64,000 nt of DNA from NCBI GenBank assembly GCA_951406725.2, contig OX597832.1:25854001-25918000 (forward strand). The letters are read 5' to 3'. Numbering within the stretch: position 1 is the stretch's first letter; every line of letters begins with the position of its first letter. Under the pieces are notes generated by a model that did not search any database, was not told the DNA's origin, and saw nothing but the letters and a program-made list of their open reading frames with translations. This document shows, in pieces, positions 14,060-29,935 of this stretch. The stretch comes from Octopus vulgaris (lineage: Eukaryota). Position numbers and translations under genes: made by a program.

Positions 14060-14234
14060 GGTACTTGTAATCCGAAATCTGTCTACGTTGGCAAAACCCG
14101 ACAAAATTAAGAAGAACTAGCAAAAGCAGGGCGAACGAACAGTTCTCAGTCAATGCATTAGGCTCTCAAGGAAGGGAAGAGGTATCAACATTTCAGAGAG
14201 ATTCTTCTTTGTCAAGATGTACAGAAGAAATGAA
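14060..14234 (+). repeat. Second copy of the local 175-bp duplication
   Basis: See 12859-13033. Confidence 0.92.
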
Positions 14235-15820
14235 GTTTATATCGAAAAATATGGGCATGCTTTTAAGATGGCTGCATGGAGGAGTAATGGGCGAACGAAC
14301 CACAGCGAGCATAAGTGCGTTGTTTCCAGCAGTGAAGAGCGCCCTAGAATGCGGCTTACGTTGGACTACACTGAAAGATTTGGGAATGGTGGCCAAGATT
14401 TTGTGCAAATGCATTACGTATGCACGTGTATATATGTATTTAAATGTGTGGGCGTTGACTGTATGAGAGTTTTCAAATGACATAGTGCAAATGAGTGTGT
14501 GTGTATGAAAGATGGAGATTTATGTTTGCGTGTGTACGTCTTTGTGCATGTGTCTGTGTGTGTGTGTGACAGCGAAAGGGCAGAAACGATGAATCGTTTA
14601 GGGTGTTTAATGATATAATTGCATAATAGCGTATAAGTGCGCTTTTCACATAATACAATGGAGTGATATTGACATAGAAAACGTAATTGGATAATGGGAT
14701 GGAGGTGATATTGACGCGATATGAAGTAAACCTAATAGCTAAGAAAGGAAGACAGATCAACAACCTACCTACTTTCCCACCTACCTACATCCTTTCCAAC
14801 CTACCCTGCACACTCGCCGTCTTTAGTCTTTACTTTAGTTGAAGGCTCGGCTCAAATGGAAAGTACCAGAAAAACTATAAATATGGATAAAAATGACAAA
14901 TGACTGTTTCCTTTTCTTTTTCCTTTTCCTCTTCTTTTTGTTTTTGTTTTCGATTTTGGCGTAGAGATTATATTTAGAAAGTGTATTTGGTAAAATGTCA
15001 CCAGGAACTGTTAATCATTTTATTTATTATATTTTGTTTTATTTTTTATTTTATTTATTGTTATGGCCATCTAAGAAATTATGGGAGAATCCTGTTGAGC
15101 TGAAGATTTATGTTTTTCGCCTCTTAATGCGTCTTGGATTTCAATAAATTAGACGAAGAGAGATTTCTTTAGATAGCTTGATGTAGTTTGTCCAGGTAGA
15201 CAGCAGGATGCTGACTGCCAAGTAAAACATTACGCGCGGATTTGTGTACGTGTGTGTGTACGTGTGTGTGCTTATGTAGAAGCGTATGCTTGTATTTGTG
15301 TTTGTGTGCGCTTGCGTCTGTGTACGTGTGTGAGTGTGTGTGTGTGAGCGTGTGTGAATCTATTTGAGTGTGTGTATAATGGAGCCGCTTAATGCTTCTA
15401 TACATATACACTCATACACATCCAAGCTATATATATCCTATTCGTAACTATATCCATATATATGCATGCACACATATATACACGAATGATTATATATATG
15501 TGTGTGTGTGTACGCGTATATATAGATATATTTATATGTAAGTGTACATGACTGAGTGAATGTATCTGCGTGTGTATATCGATAAGTGTATAAATGTTTG
15601 TGTCTATGCGTGTGTATATATCATTTTAGGAACATACGTGTGTGTGTGTGTACATTAAGAGAGAGAGAATTTACATTTTAGCGTGTGTAGATACAAGGAT
15701 GTGTCTGTATAAATCAGTGCATATGTGTGGGAGTATATATCTGGAAGTATTAGCACATTATTCACATTATTTACATTATTTACATTTGACGGATATTTGT
15801 CTTCATCTTGTTTGTTGTTA

Positions 15821-15865
15821 ACACAACGTTTCGGTTGATATACCCTCCAGCCTTCATCAGGTGGC
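15821..15865 (-). ncRNA. Minimal type-I hammerhead ribozyme motif in a short element (~15760-15915) abutting (TTA)n
   Basis: Minus strand: cac-CTGATGA-aggctg-gagggtatat-caacc-GAAA-cg-TT-gtg; palindromic acgt helix III; one mismatch in helix II. Confidence 0.7.
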
Positions 15866-15912
15866 TTGGGGAAATTTCGAACCTGGGTTATGATTCCTAA
15901 GGTATTTTTCGA

Positions 15913-15958
<46 letters not shown>

Positions 15959-16354
15959 GAGTAAGAGCGCAGTACATGCCATCAAAGTGACACTGGGGTA
16001 AAATATACGAAGCCCAGTATACCCATCATGACTACCCTTGATTTCATGTTAATAAAAATAGGAAAATATCCTAATATCTTAACAATTTTTCAAACCGGTC
16101 ACATGGATGAAAGGAGTTCGCCTCCATTATAAGGATGTATATAAGGACGAACTTTCTGGAGATCATAATATACAAAGAATGAGTTTACATTCATACTTAA
16201 ACCACAGTGGGTCTTTGTATTATTCAAAATTATTCCATTACTGTTGATTTAAGTTGTGTTATGCATAAAAACAACACACATATATATCTATATTATATGT
16301 GTGTGTGTGTGTGTAAATATATCAGCATGGCCCCAGCTCTGAGCTGAAACTACA

Positions 16355-16462
<108 letters not shown>

Positions 16463-17231
16463 GTATATGTATATGTGTGTGTGAATGTGTGTATTTATAT
16501 ATATTAATATATATAATCATAAGTGTGTGTGTGCAGTTGTGTAACAGAAACTCAATCAACTCGTGATTCCTATTACTGGTGAATGATCACGAGAGTCGTG
16601 ATGAGTCGTGTATTGAATCCGAACCCAGGTATTAAATCATCTGCTTGCATCATACAGCCTATATAATTATATAATTTATGAAACTTGCACATCACATACA
16701 AAAATACATGCATATATGCATGCATATACATACTTCGCCATATTTGCATATATATATATGTGTGTGCTTGTGTGTGTGTATAATTATATATATATATATA
16801 CATACGTATTTGTGTTGTGTGTTTTGTGGCGATTGCTAACACACAAGGCAGAACATTGAACAAAGGCAAAATGCTAAGAACATGAAATTGCTCCTTTCTG
16901 CTTGATATGCAACACGTCAGCAGTTAAAACGCTGGCTATTGTTTGCCAATTAATAGATCTAAGTGCTACTACCACCACCACTACAACCAACACCACCACC
17001 ACTACCACTACTAATACTATTAGTGTTGGTGTTGTTGTTATTGCTACTGCTGTGGCCGCCGTTGTTCTTCCTCGTTCCGTCATGTATTTTATTCTTTGTC
17101 AGGAACCGATCGTTTCCAGCATTGACATAAAATCAAAGGATTAGTGAGAAAATTGAAAGAAAACAGAATAATAGAAAGATTTTATTTATTAATAATCATC
17201 ACCATCATCACCACCATCATCATTATTATCA

Positions 17232-17312
<81 letters not shown>

Positions 17313-19444
17313 TTATTATTATTGTTATTATTATTATTAATTTGGACGTGTTTCTTTTTCTTTTGTTTTCGGATGAATGCAGTTGTCTACCCTAGTGTAA
17401 AATGGCGTTGTACAAAAGCGAAAAGAAAATAGTTATTTACTTCAATCAATCGTGCTGATGAAGCAGATATTGAGCATTAATCGATATAAAAACATGTCAC
17501 GCTTGTCTTAAAGTACATTAGCATTGTTTTTGTCTCAGTTTATGTTGCTTTATTTTTTTCGTTTGTTGCTTTTTACTGTTGTATTGTTGTCCGTTTCGTT
17601 CTGGTGGTGGTGGTTGCGGTGCAGATAGTAAAACTCCGTTGCTGAAAATACATTTTCTATATTCAAGAAGAGGGAGACTGTTCAGGGTGGGTTGGAAGAA
17701 TGGGTAGAACACCTGTGATATTTATTTCTTTTTCCCTATGCACTGAGATCAAATCCTATCGATCTCAACTTTGCCTTTTTTTTGTATTTTTTAATAATTT
17801 TGGAATCAATAAATATAATTTTACCACTAGAGTCCAGTCTTCTCGCTCAACCTGTCTCTTTTTCATCTTCGTCGGACGCCATAAATGTTTTACTTGCGAG
17901 AAAGAACGAGAAGGGTTTGGAGAAGGGTTCGGTGAAGGGTCAAGCGAAAAGTATTAATGAATAGTTAATGGACAGTGATGATGAGGGAGACGGGTTTAGA
18001 GGCTCTGTTATATCAAAGGAAATTAAACGAGGTAAGATGAAAATGCAGTTAGCCTGTGACTGGTTTTGTTTGATATATCTTAGCTTTAGGAGTTTTTTTT
18101 TACAGGTTTCGAAACAGCTGGATCTAAGAAATCAGGAAGGGCTTCACCGTGATCTCTCGATTTTTTAAAAAATAGCAGGCAAACCTCACTCAAATAATAC
18201 CTAACACCTTAAATAATTAAACCAAGTGCCATCAGATGAGATCCTGTCGTTTTTAAAAACATGCACACTTTAGAAAATGTTAACGTAAAGACTCATAGGG
18301 ATGGTCATAACTAGAACGCCTTCGGTCGTAGGTTTGTTCGATCAGGGTTGATTGATCAAGAAAAGTCATTAAAATGCAAATAGGAAATAAAGAAACGAAA
18401 AGTTATTCAGCTGAACAGTTTACATTATACAGAATATTTTTATGTTTAAGAGTTAAAACTATTTTATCCAGAGACTTTATATATTAAGGAATAAATCCAC
18501 ACAAATACAATAGTTACAGAACCACAAGAGAAATGCTACAGCCAAGATATCGTGGTTATATTCAACGCAACGGAACGGAACATCGGTAATCTGGGAATTA
18601 AAGGGGATCTTCTAATTTATAAACTGAATGCTCCCATTGGCATTCGACGCAAACTGCACGACATGGATGAGCAAATATAACAATACTGGACTGAGAATGC
18701 CTCACCAATGCTCCCATTTATTTCAGAAAATGACACCAGCTCTTCACCGTTCTTCGTTTTTGTTTGCGTTAATAAAGGATTTTTAACACAGAAATATAAA
18801 AATATTAGCTAAAGTTACCATTGTTTTCTCTTCGTCAATTCTGATTTTAATTCCGTGTTTCCAATCTGTGTTGAGCTGGTTTTAAAACTAAATTTAACGA
18901 ATCTATCAGACAAATGATTCGTTCTGACAATACCACCTCGTCTTCTCCATAACCTGCCTTAAGTTGAATTGACAGTTAAAATGCTAAATGCATTTCCTAC
19001 GGATGTCCACAACACATTGCTTGTAACCAAATGCGATCTGCAGCGCTGTCGGTTTGTCTTGTAATTTGTTACCTGACAGAAACGCTTGCATCGTTCTAAT
19101 TTGTTTTCTAGATGCATATCTTCCTTGAGCAAGCAAGAAGTTTCTGATCAAAGAACGTCGCGACATTAGCCAAATTGTCGAGGTATTTAAGTGTATGACA
19201 CTGTCGAAGATATCATACATTTTAAGGCAGTAGCATTCAAATACAAAAAACACGTTTTTTCTTTGATTCTTTGTTTTGTCTTTGTGTTATTTCCTATTTG
19301 TTTCTATCTAGGAATCTAAGGAAATGACTTTTATCCCCTTCAAACTTTGATTTTGTGACCTGGGCATCAATATTTTGTAACTGACCTATTTTTCATTACA
19401 TTTCAGATAGATTCATCGCTGAGTTGCTGAAGCAGAAATATCGT

Positions 19445-19605
19445 TATACCAAATATTCTGCTCAATACCACAGATATGCTTGTCAGTTGCTTGACCTTAA
19501 GCACGTCCCTTAGTGACTGACAATATGTGCATCTCTGATGATGAGCAAGAGTAGTTGGGGAACATCATAGCTATGTGTAGAGAGGGATTATTTGGGGTTT
19601 GAATA
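19445..19605 (+). mobile_element. Interspersed repeat family H (probable LINE 3' UTR)
   Basis: accacagat.tgcttgtcagttg.ttgaccttaa...cccttagtg.ctgac.atatgtgcatctctgat shared with 48505-48752. Confidence 0.65.
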
Positions 19606-20891
19606 ATCATAACAAAAGCAAAAATTGAAGGAAATATTAACTATTTCTCATACTCTCTAGAGTCTAGAGGTAAGCAAAAAAGAAATATAAGCTGCAACCC
19701 AAGGACAAAAATCGTGTTACACGGTGCAGTCTGGTTGCCATTATATACAAGATAAGCGACTGACTGAAATATTCCCTACTATTAATGTCAGAGGCTTTGT
19801 TTATTGTCAGTGCTGTGGTGTGTGGCTACGTCAAGCTGTGTGTTAACGGAGAAGAAAGAAAAAAAATACAGTTTATAATTACATGGAAGTGATATGCCAC
19901 GAAATGGGGAGTAAATGATGGCAGAAAGGAATATAATCAGGCATTTATCCAGAGATCTCAGTTCGTCCTCACCTGCTGCAGGTGAGGTTTTTTCCCACCT
20001 CTTTATGTTTTTGTTGTTGTTTTATATTTTAATAAGGTTCGTTTTATTTTTATTCATTAACACACAAACATGAACGCAGAAACATATACTAGGAAAGACA
20101 GACAGATACACACATTCATACAAACACAAATACTCATATATATATGTGTATCCAAATATAAGTGTACATGCTTGTGTGTGAGTGTGTGTGTATATAGATG
20201 AATATCTATGCCTTTATATATAAGTATATATATATATATAAGTATATATATATATATATATATGTATATACATATACATATACATATATATATATAAGCA
20301 TGTATATATTTATCCACCCACTATTCTATACACTCACACACACACACACAGATACACCTGTTCATGAATGGTGTGTATCTATAGCACTATATTTGTCTAA
20401 TTGAACGCTCCTATTGACACAATGTTTATCATAACAGGTAGAAAAGAAAAAGAAAAAGAAGCGAACAAACAAACAGTCGAACACAAGTACAGACCAATTT
20501 GCAAGCGGAGGGGTTGAACACTAAAACCAATAGACTGTTCCCATACAAAGCAGAGAGGGTCTTTTATTAAGATCTAATTCGATTAATTAAGAAAACCACT
20601 TGAAATACGTAAAGCTTTTAGATTTTATATTTAGTGTTATATCGCTTGGACGCCATTGTGAATCTCGCGAACACACCCAGGCAGCGTGATTACTGGGAAA
20701 CACATGCATACGCGATCTACACATACACACTCACATACATTACACACATATATACACATGCACATACACATACAATTGTTTATAGAATTATATGTATGTG
20801 TATGTGTGTGTGTGTATGTGTGTGTCTATGTGTGTGCAAGTGTATGTGCACGTAAGTTTATGGGTATATTAAAATAGATATGAAGGAATAG

Positions 20892-21715
<824 letters not shown>

Positions 21716-21758
21716 CATATATATATACATACATATATATATATACATACATATATAT

Positions 21759-22134
<376 letters not shown>

Positions 22135-22379
22135 CATACCTATATATATATATATATATATATGTACATATTTATATATGTATGTATACCTTGCCTGTTC
22201 CCTTGCTAGGGTTCTAGGTCCATATATACCATATCCCTCTCTCAATCGATTCCTACTTTTGATCATAACTGTGAACCCAACTAGAGGCCTTCCGGTCCTC
22301 TCTTTGATCCTCTGAATTTTACCCTTGTTTTGAAATCCAGTAAATGTCTGCAACATATTTCTAACCCATATCTGGACAG

Positions 22380-23335
22380 ATAAGCTCTCAGTTAATATAC
22401 AAACTGATCATTAATTAACCTGAATTAGCAAAATACACACTGATAATTAAGGAGGCTGTATTACTCATCAATTAATATGCAAAATTACCATTAAATACTC
22501 TAGATTGTCTATGAAAATACAAACTTAACACTCGGTTGCATGGAGTGGCTATCATTTAAACTTCAATCTGGCTATTAAGAGGTCTGGATTAACTATCTAT
22601 TAATACAAATTGACCGTTAAGTAGCTTGGATTAAATATCACTTAAAATGTAAACTGTCCATTATCTAGCCTACAAACTTTCCATTAAGTGGTCATAGTCA
22701 TCCAAAACTTCAGCAGAAGAGAGGGAATGCTTTTACCCTTGGGTAACCGACAAAATGACCATCAAGTCGCCGTGATTAACCACGAACTTAAATAATTCTT
22801 CATTGAGCCATATGCAAACATGTATCGTACAAAGAAGTGATCATCAAAGTGCAATATTTAGGAAATCATTATTCGTCCAATTGACCAACATTAGTCAGCC
22901 ACAACAAAACATATTGACTACCAAGTAAACGTAATTGATCTTCATGCTGACCATCAAATTGCATTATTAGTTATCAGCTACAGAGCAAGCTGACCATAAT
23001 GGAGCAAACTGACCACAAGTGACCTTTTCAAATAATCGCCTATACAGCAACATTAAAACCAAGTAGGCGTAGTTATTCATGAAGCACCTAATAAAATGAC
23101 CATCAAATGGCCATATTTTTCCGTCAGTGGAGCAAATATTGACCGTTAATTTGCCAGAATTAGCCATCGATTAATGATAAAACTTGTCATGAAGTGGTCT
23201 AAGTTATTCATCAACAATACAATGAAATGACCGTTAATTGGTCATAATTTGATGATAAAATGCCTGTCGAGCGGAAATTATCAATCATTTATATATTAAA
23301 TTGACCAACAAGAGGCTGCAATTGACCAACTATTG
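22380..23335. repeat. Highly degenerate minisatellite (core aaattgaccattaa)
   Basis: Recurring aaa(a/t)tgacc(a/g)t(c/t)aa motifs at roughly 30-45 bp spacing. Confidence 0.6.
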
Positions 23336-25129
23336 TCGAGATTGTTATTTTAAAAAGAAGCTTTAAGGATAATTATGGATTAGGGCTTTCGCCGAATCGT
23401 TCCAGTCTCTCCGTTCAGCATCTGAAAAATTTTTTTTAAATGGGTGTTTAAGAACAAACATCTAACCCACTCACCCACCCATTCCACCTCAGTCTCGCTC
23501 TCAAAATATCGATATTGATGGTTTATCAAGCTTTCATATTAAACAGCTATGAAATAAGAACACATCATTGTTGGAACATTAACAAAGTGAGGACGTTTCC
23601 GTCAACAAAGCTCGGCGCCATCTTAAATATCAAACGAGAGGACTGCATAAGAGGCAACAATGTCCTAGAAAGAATCAACAATAGAAACACAGAATAAACC
23701 AGGACGAGTGACGGATGAGGATACGGGGATAGAAATATTGAAGAGAGATTTCCTTCTCAAATCCTCTTGACTAAATTAACTGAGGAAAAGATCGCGAATA
23801 TGTCCTTCCTGGTTTTACAAAGACCAGTGAAAATCTACCCTGATTGGAATTGAGAAAATAACGTGGTTAACCTACAACTAGAAATGCACGAACTGATATC
23901 ACTCAATTTTGGAATTGATATTTTTGGAGTCAAATGTAAAATAGTTGAAGAAAAGTTTAAAGAATCTAAGTTGCAACAACAACCACCACTTCTGCCAACT
24001 CTTCTTTGCTATATTTTTTCCTGCCACTTTTACACAAGAATTAATTAGCCTTCTCTGTCATCAACGTCATCAGCATGGAACAACCATTCACTCAGAAAAC
24101 AAAATGAAATTCTCTTTTACAAAATACATACGACGAATTTTGACTCGCAGTTCAAGTTTCGTCTCAGAGCTTCCTGAAGCAGTCAACACCTCTTCCGACT
24201 TAGCCAAACCAACCGAATTGGTTGAGTGACACGTTAGACAAAACAGGAAATTTCTCTGTAATAAATGTGTTTATTTATTGTCTCAATCAATTCTAATTTA
24301 TTGATAAAATATTGTTGTTCTTGAAGTGACTGTAAAGGTATTTTCATTTAAATGTATAGAAATAATTGTATACCTATTGGTATATTATCTAAATAATATA
24401 ATTTCCGTGTCTGGTGTTGACTATTTTTCTAGTAACATAAAGACATATTTTTATTTAGATATATTAAAATTATCGTACGTTTATTTACATATTGTCAAAA
24501 TAAAATTTCGACAATAAATTGTCTGTCTGTGAGCTTTTTATTCAACAGATAAGAGATGGATAAAGATTATAAGAAGGTAAAATAGTCTGGGATATCTTAA
24601 TACAGAGGTTAACGAAATATTTACTAATGTCAAAGTTTAACACGTTGCTTTCGTCTAACTTCCATCACATAGTTGACGGTCAGTTCCCCCGTTTTGCTCT
24701 CTGTCTATGTATATATGTATGTATATGTGTTATGTGTTTGTATATCTGTGTCTGAGAGTGTGTATATATGTGCATGTAAATTTGTGGATGTGTATATCTA
24801 TTTTTCTATGTTTGTTTGTGTTTGTGTCTGCATACCTGTACGTATGTACGCTTATGTTTGTATACATGCGTATACTTGTGTATGTTTGTGTGTTTGTGCG
24901 CGTCTATACTTGTGTACGTTTGTGTGTGTCTATATGTGTGTACGTCTATACGTGTGTGTGTGTTTCGTGTGTTCATATCTATGCATACTCTTGTGTATGT
25001 GTTTTGTCTGTATGCGTGTGTTTGTGTGCGTCTGTGAATATGTGTGCTTGTGTATGTGTGTCTATATCTGTATGTATTCGTGTGCGCATATTTTTGTCTG
25101 CTTGAGTGACTGTTCATATCTGTATGTAC

Positions 25130-25168
<39 letters not shown>

Positions 25169-26360
25169 CGTGTATGCACATCTATGTCTATGTGTACGTC
25201 TGGTTGTGTATGCTGTGTATTATGTTTGCATCAAGGACACGTGACGAGGGAGTAGCACGAAATCTGGCAAGAAACGTGAAACATTCTCCTCACAAAATAA
25301 TCTAGATTCGCTGAATAGGAATCTTCAAATTTGGCAAAAACTCTGTTGGCAAGGGGCACGCTGACCCTTTTGGCAAAGGACACGCAGACACTGCTGCAAT
25401 TTGAGAAACAAGATTACTGCAAATTAGGCTAAATGCCACCACTTTGCTTTTTTTTATTTGTGGCCGTTTGATGGCTTCCCGTTATGTAATGGCTGACTTA
25501 CTCTGAATGTAGTAAGCAATGTTTTGCATGTAACACCAGGAAATTCCAAACGAACCACTGTAGATTTGAATGAAACATAGAAGGATCATCCATAATGAAT
25601 CTAATATAGAGTTTGTTAGATCAGTGGATTTGGGTAAAATCTGTATGTTCGCAGTTTGTTTATCTACAGTGTTGCATGATCGATATAGATGAGACGCATG
25701 AAGAGGAACGACACTATAGGAAAGTGAACATAGAAACATCGGATTAGCGAGTTAGTTTGACAGAAGTTGATGGAAGTTGACGGATGTATGCGATTGCAAA
25801 GAAATATTACGGTAAAATCAAAGTTTAGGAAAGCAGAAGGAAGAAGCGGAGGAAGAAGCTAGGTTATTAGAAGCTGTTACGAAATATGTAAATACATTAC
25901 AAACGCCGCGTGCAGAGAGAAAATGGCAGTCAGTTATTTGGCGAGAAACATGCGTTTTTTAAACTAATGTGTGTGATGGAAAGTTGGGTGCGGGGAATGT
26001 TCAATTATACCGGGCGTTAGTCTTTCACAAACATGATTGACATATACTGCTAGTACATGGTCGTCAAATGCAAGCGCGAGTGTGTGGTGTATTAATGACC
26101 CCTTACTCAACTATTTTGGAGAAGAGTCGACAGTGGATATCAATGGACTACGAAGAGTCCCGCCGTTGATCGCAAAACGTGTCGTGCTTCTCGCGAATGG
26201 CACTATAAAGACATTTAGAATTTCTAGCATCTTTATCCAAGACAAACTACTCCAAAGACAAGAGTAAGTAATAAATATTTCCCCGGTTATCTCTGATAAT
26301 TCTAAGTCAATATAAACACTTAGCTTGGATCGTCGATCGCTTCTTAATGACAGGCCTTAA

Positions 26361-26787
26361 CCCCTTACAGACAAGAAGCGGTACTGACCGCATCGGAACA
26401 CTCTGTGTGTGGCCGGACGACGGCAAAGGCTGTTGTCATGTTAGTGTACAGCCGCAACCTACTATTCTGTTAGGAACTTCTGTTTGGAATTTCGAATAAG
26501 CTGTTTTTTTTCTTTTTGGTTATTATTATGTGAAGGCCACATATGAGATTATAAGCATGTGATGGATGTGCAATCACGCGTATCTCTGTTGTTAGTGTGA
26601 AAAAGTGAATATCACTTCCGCTCAGTTTCATAAACAACCGAAGTGATCTGTAAAAACATGGACGTTGCTATTGAGCTCTTTACGAATCTTTTCGCAGTCG
26701 GTATGCCTCCGAAACGTAAAGTTCAGAAGTGCGAGGTACCACGGTGTTCCTCAGGGTCTTCCTCAGAGGTACCAGGGTGTACCCGTC

Positions 26788-26819
<32 letters not shown>

Positions 26820-27109
26820 CGCCTGTCGGATTACGATTCGATCCTAGAGAGCGGCTACTATCAAGAAGGAGACCACGACCATACAGAGGTTGTGATTTTT
26901 TTGTACGAAGCGCGGTGTGCGAAAAGAAACAAACTTTGAATGAGCAGTGTGATGTCTCATTCTGTGCGGCACCGTCTTTTCAAATCTACCACACAGGAGA
27001 ATCTGTAAATTCACAATAAAATTCCTTGCATGAAAAATTATGTAATTACTAAATGGTCCAGTAATGGTACACAGCACAGACTGTCAGTACTAAATCCGTC
27101 TGCAAAGGG
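26361..27109 (+). mobile_element. Internally deleted piggyBac-like transposon
   Basis: TTAA at 26357-60 and 27110-13; TIRs ccccttacagac...gtactgac / gtcagtac...gtctgcaaaggg; acidic N-terminal remnant (MPPKRK...DDDD) joined to a C-terminal Cys-rich-domain remnant (EQCDVSFCAAPSFQIYHT) at ~26890-27018. Confidence 0.8.
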
Positions 27110-27364
27110 TTAATGAAGGAAATTTTCATCTTTTTTCAAATGTTAGATCGCTTCTTGTTAAAGTGCCATCCGTTCGATGGTCAATCTCTTAAAGAATATT
27201 TCAAAATCGCCCCACCCCCACCCCGGAACCTCTCCTGATCAAATGAGAATTACTCCTCACGTCGATTCTACGTGTTTTGTGGCGTTTCAATAACTGCTGC
27301 GAGATTTAGAACTAGGAAACAAAAGAAAAATGCATCGGCAAATGCGGACGATATCCTGAGCACA

Positions 27365-27410
<46 letters not shown>

Positions 27411-27589
27411 TATACACACGCACACGTATATGGAGTACGATTTAGTTATACGATTTGGTAAAATGCATTATGAAGAAAGAATTTGTAGCGCATTGTGACC
27501 AATGATGCATTACGACATCTGATAGTCTGGTCGATACAGAAGATGTAACTACATAATGGAGGCCATATTAGGAAAAGAGCAATGAATAT

Positions 27590-27880
27590 CAGAGAGAAGG
27601 AGAGAAGGGGAGAGAGAGAGAAATAGCGAGAGAGAGAGAAAGAAAGAGACATAAAGGGAGAGAGAGAGAAATAGAGAGAGAGAGAGAGCGAAATAAGTAG
27701 AGAGAAAAAGAGAGAGTGAAATAGAGTGAGAGAAATACGGAGAAACACAGAGAGAGAGAAGTAGAGAGAAATTAAGAGAGAGAAGTTGATAGATAGAGGG
27801 AGAGAAATAGGAGGAATAGAGAGTGAAGGAGAGAGAGACACATAAAGAGAAGTAGAAAGAGAGAGAAAAAGAGAGAGAGT
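27590..27880. repeat. GA-rich low-complexity tract
   Basis: Direct reading. Confidence 0.9.
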
Positions 27881-27899
27881 GTGTGAGTGTGTTATATAT

Positions 27900-28230
27900 A
27901 CGGATACAACATCGATTATCCGGAGCATTTGATTCCAAAGCTTTTCCGGATTAGCGATTTTTCCGGACTAGCGTGGTTTCTTTGGTCACACTCTCTACAT
28001 TAAACCAATATTAAATTTACTGAAATAGTTAAACTGAAATGAAGGTGTCTCTACATTAATGTAAATTAGTACGGTTTATAAGAATTACCGGATCATCATC
28101 CAGTTTCCGGAAAGTCAGTGTGGTACCAGTAATTACCAAGACTGACACTTTCAAATTTTGGTAGTTATTCGAATTTCCCGTTTCCGACCATCAGACTGGA
28201 TCTGAAATGACCCCAAAATACCGGTAACTT
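27900..28230. mobile_element. Possible Tigger/pogo-like DNA transposon remnant
   Basis: Starts after TA with cggatacaacatcgattatccgga and repeats ttccgga motifs; second TIR not identified. Confidence 0.35.
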
Positions 28231-28265
28231 CTATGAAATTTTACCATGGTGTTTCGAATAACAGT

Positions 28266-28615
28266 GAAGGTGCGTGGCTTAGTGGTTAAGGTGTTGAACT
28301 TATGATCGTAAGGTTGTGGTTTCGATTCCTGGACCGGGCGATGCGTTGTGTTCTTGAGCAAAACACTCCATTTCACGTTGCTCCAGTCCACTCAGCTGGC
28401 AAAAATGAGTAATCCTGCGACGGACCGGCGTCCAGTCCAGGTGGGGAATTTCTACGCCACTGAAACCGTGAAACCGGCCCTTATGAGCCTGGCATGGCTC
28501 GAGAAGGAACATTTTCCTGCGATGGACTGGCGTCCCGTCCAGCTGGGAGGAACACTTACGCCAGAGAAACCGGGAAACCGGGCCCATGAGCTTGGCTAGG
28601 CTTCATAAAGGCGCA
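28266..28615 (+). mobile_element. tRNA-derived CORE-like SINE with two tandem tail modules
   Basis: Head gcgtggcttagtggttaagg...ggtttcgattcc; ttgtgttcttgagcaaaacact...ccactcagctgg; tail cctgcga.ggac.ggcgtcc.gtccag repeated at ~28413 and ~28516. Confidence 0.8.
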
Positions 28616-28720
28616 AGAAAGATTTCGAATAACAGATCATGTATACCTCACCTTATGATCGGAAAAGCGAAATTGTAATAACCAGATGTGAGGCGCCAGC
28701 TGTTACTGTCATACCTGTGC

Positions 28721-28793
<73 letters not shown>

Positions 28794-29113
28794 TGTGTGT
28801 GTGTGTGTGTGTCTGTCTGTCTGTCTGTCTGTCTGTATGTATGTCTGTCTGTGCGTTTGTGTGTGAGTGTGATCAACGCATAGACTTGTCACATAATTTA
28901 GATGTCAGATGTCTTCCTTTTAATCTGTCAACACAATGAAGACTTTGTTTCTCGTTTGTTTTCCAACAACAACAATGCTTCCAGGCGTTATCTTTCTGTA
29001 CCTTTTCCTCTGTTCTTATATAAATTCTATTTATTTGAACTTTTCGTTTCTCTTGCTATTTAATACTCTTCTGTTTATTGATTAGACGGCCTCTGACTTT
29101 CATACATTCATAT

Positions 29114-29909
<796 letters not shown>

Positions 29910-29935
29910 ATATATATATATACATACATACATAC

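Noticed and set aside
17451-17501. cgtg-CTGATGA...aaaacatgtcacg hammerhead-like relic
   Set aside because: GAAA is absent and helix II is unconvincing
22380-23335. CRISPR-like repeat-spacer array
   Set aside because: Repeats are not identical, there are no cas genes, and the context is eukaryotic
25330-26340. Non-repetitive segment with short ORFs (25482-25739, 26037-26267)
   Set aside because: No recognisable protein motifs in the frames I examined
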